Source: a bacterium
GTDB lineage: Bacteria > Desulfobacterota > DSWW01
NCBI GenBank assembly: GCA_040756235.1
Contig: JBFLZG010000065.1
Coordinates: 1 to 64,000, forward strand
Direction: 5' to 3'
Length of the DNA: 64,000 nt
Shown one piece after another: positions 62,925 through 64,000 of this stretch. The first letter of the stretch is position 1; each line of letters starts with the position of its first letter. Made by a program: the position numbers and the translations under genes. The notes under the pieces are model-generated. The model did no database searches. It was not told where the DNA came from and was given only the letters and a program-made list of their open reading frames with translations.

Positions 62925-63775
62925 CGCTTCTTCAGTCGCTGCTCGACTTCGCGGTAGTCCGGTTTGTCGTCCTCGAGGAGGACGCGTCTGCCGAACTCCA
63001 CGGCGATGCGCGGCGGCATGTCCTTGGAGAAGGCCAGGAGCGAAGTCTTGATCGCTTCCAGGAGCTTGCGCTCGGACTGGTGCCTCTGCTCCAGGTGCTT
63101 GGCGAGAGGGCCCACGACTCCGTAGCAGAGCAGCACGCCCATGAAGGTGCCCACCAGGGCCGCGGCGATGCTGTGGCCGATGACCTCCGGCGGCTCGCTC
63201 ATTTTCCCCATGGTCACGATGACCCCGAGGACCGCGGCCACGATGCCCAACCCCGGGAAGGCGTCGGCCAAGGTGGTCAAGGCGCCGGAAATGCGCCCCT
63301 CCTCCTCCTCGTGGGTCTCGATCTCGGTCGTCATGAGATCATCCAGCTCGTGGGGCCGGATCGATGCTCCGAGCAGCATCAGGCGCAGCGTGTCGCACAG
63401 CAGGGTGACGGCCGCGCGGTTCTTCAGGAAGGCGGGATAGTTGCGGAAGAGCCCGCTCTGCTCCGGCTCCTCGACGTCGCGCTCGATGGCCAGCGCGCCG
63501 TCCCGCTTGACCTTGGAGAAGACTTCGTAGAGCAGCCCCATGAGCTCCAGGGACACCTCCTTGCTGTGATTCGCGCTCTGAAACAAAGTCGGGATGGCGT
63601 GAACGATCTTGCGAAAAAGCTTGGGCGGGGCCATCACGATCAGAGAGCCCAGCCCGGCGCCCCCCACGATCAAGACCTCGGCGGGCTGGAACAGGACGAA
63701 GAAGTTCCCCTTCTCCATGGCAAAACCGGCCAGGATGGAGCCGATGACGACCAGGATGCCTACGAACGTGGTCAT
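62921..63775 (-). CDS. motA: Stator protein MotA
   Basis: QPAE, PGLGIVAAVLGVI, AALVGTFMG and AVEFGR; ATG overlaps the fliA stop. Confidence 0.95.
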   Translation of the reverse strand: MTTFVGILVVIGSILAGFAMEKGNFFVLFQPAEVLIVGGAGLGSLIVMAPPKLFRKIVHAIPTLFQSANHSKEVSLELMGLLYEVFSKVKRDGALAIERDVEEPEQSGLFRNYPAFLKNRAAVTLLCDTLRLMLLGASIRPHELDDLMTTEIETHEEEEGRISGALTTLADAFPGLGIVAAVLGVIVTMGKMSEPPEVIGHSIAAALVGTFMGVLLCYGVVGPLAKHLEQRHQSERKLLEAIKTSLLAFSKDMPPRIAVEFGRRVLLEDDKPDYREVEQRLKKR

Positions 63776-64000
63776 TTCGGATATCCTTGGTGCTGCATCC
63801 AGGCCTTCAGCCGCATGAGCGCCTGCGTGTGGATCTGACACACCCGGGATTCGCCGACGCCCAGGACCTTTCCGATCTCCTTCATGTTCAGCTCTTCGTA
63901 GTAGTAGAGCTGCACCACCCGCCGCTCCTTCTCCGGAAGCACGTCGATGGCCTTGGCCAGGTGGTCCCGCACCTCGGTGAGCTCGGCGCTCTGTCCCGGG
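63772..64000 (-). CDS. fliA: Flagellar sigma factor FliA (sigma28), 3' part only
   Basis: LPEKER.VVQLYYYEELNMKEIGKVLGVGESRVCQIH; truncated by the window edge. Confidence 0.92.
   Translation of the reverse strand, partial: PGQSAELTEVRDHLAKAIDVLPEKERRVVQLYYYEELNMKEIGKVLGVGESRVCQIHTQALMRLKAWMQHQGYPK

Overview
High-GC bacterial chromosome segment; gene content and promoter style suggest a deltaproteobacterium-like organism (inference). The right third (48.5-64 kb, all minus strand) is a flagellar cluster: 'fliA-motA-motB-2 small ORFs-flgFGAHIJ-flgMNKL-csrA-fliW-fliC-fliD-fliS-fliT-like. Downstream lies a large, interrupted flagellin-modification island (39.7-48.1 kb and 11.8-26.7 kb). It encodes multi-domain GT2/GT4/CgeB-like/GT9 glycosyltransferases, four sulfotransferase domains, three SAM methyltransferase domains and a GSCFA protein, and is closed by a displaced flaG, a sigma54-type lytic transglycosylase and an orphan rfbA. 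A block with tamA/bamA-like and tamB-like genes, PilZ, TPR, a lipoprotein, an atypical CarD and a hydrolase interrupts the island. The left end carries a DUF4382-like lipoprotein, lhr and an ECF sigma factor. Sigma28- and sigma54-type promoters are visible, including ones in front of the sulfotransferase and GSCFA genes. This points to a flagellum-regulated glycosylation plus sulfation plus methylation system without a complete Maf enzyme in the window, the best candidate for an undescribed system. Intergenic DNA holds two families of structured MITE-like elements and many REP hairpins. No rRNA, tRNA, CRISPR array or transposase was seen. All family assignments are by motif recognition; no database search was run.
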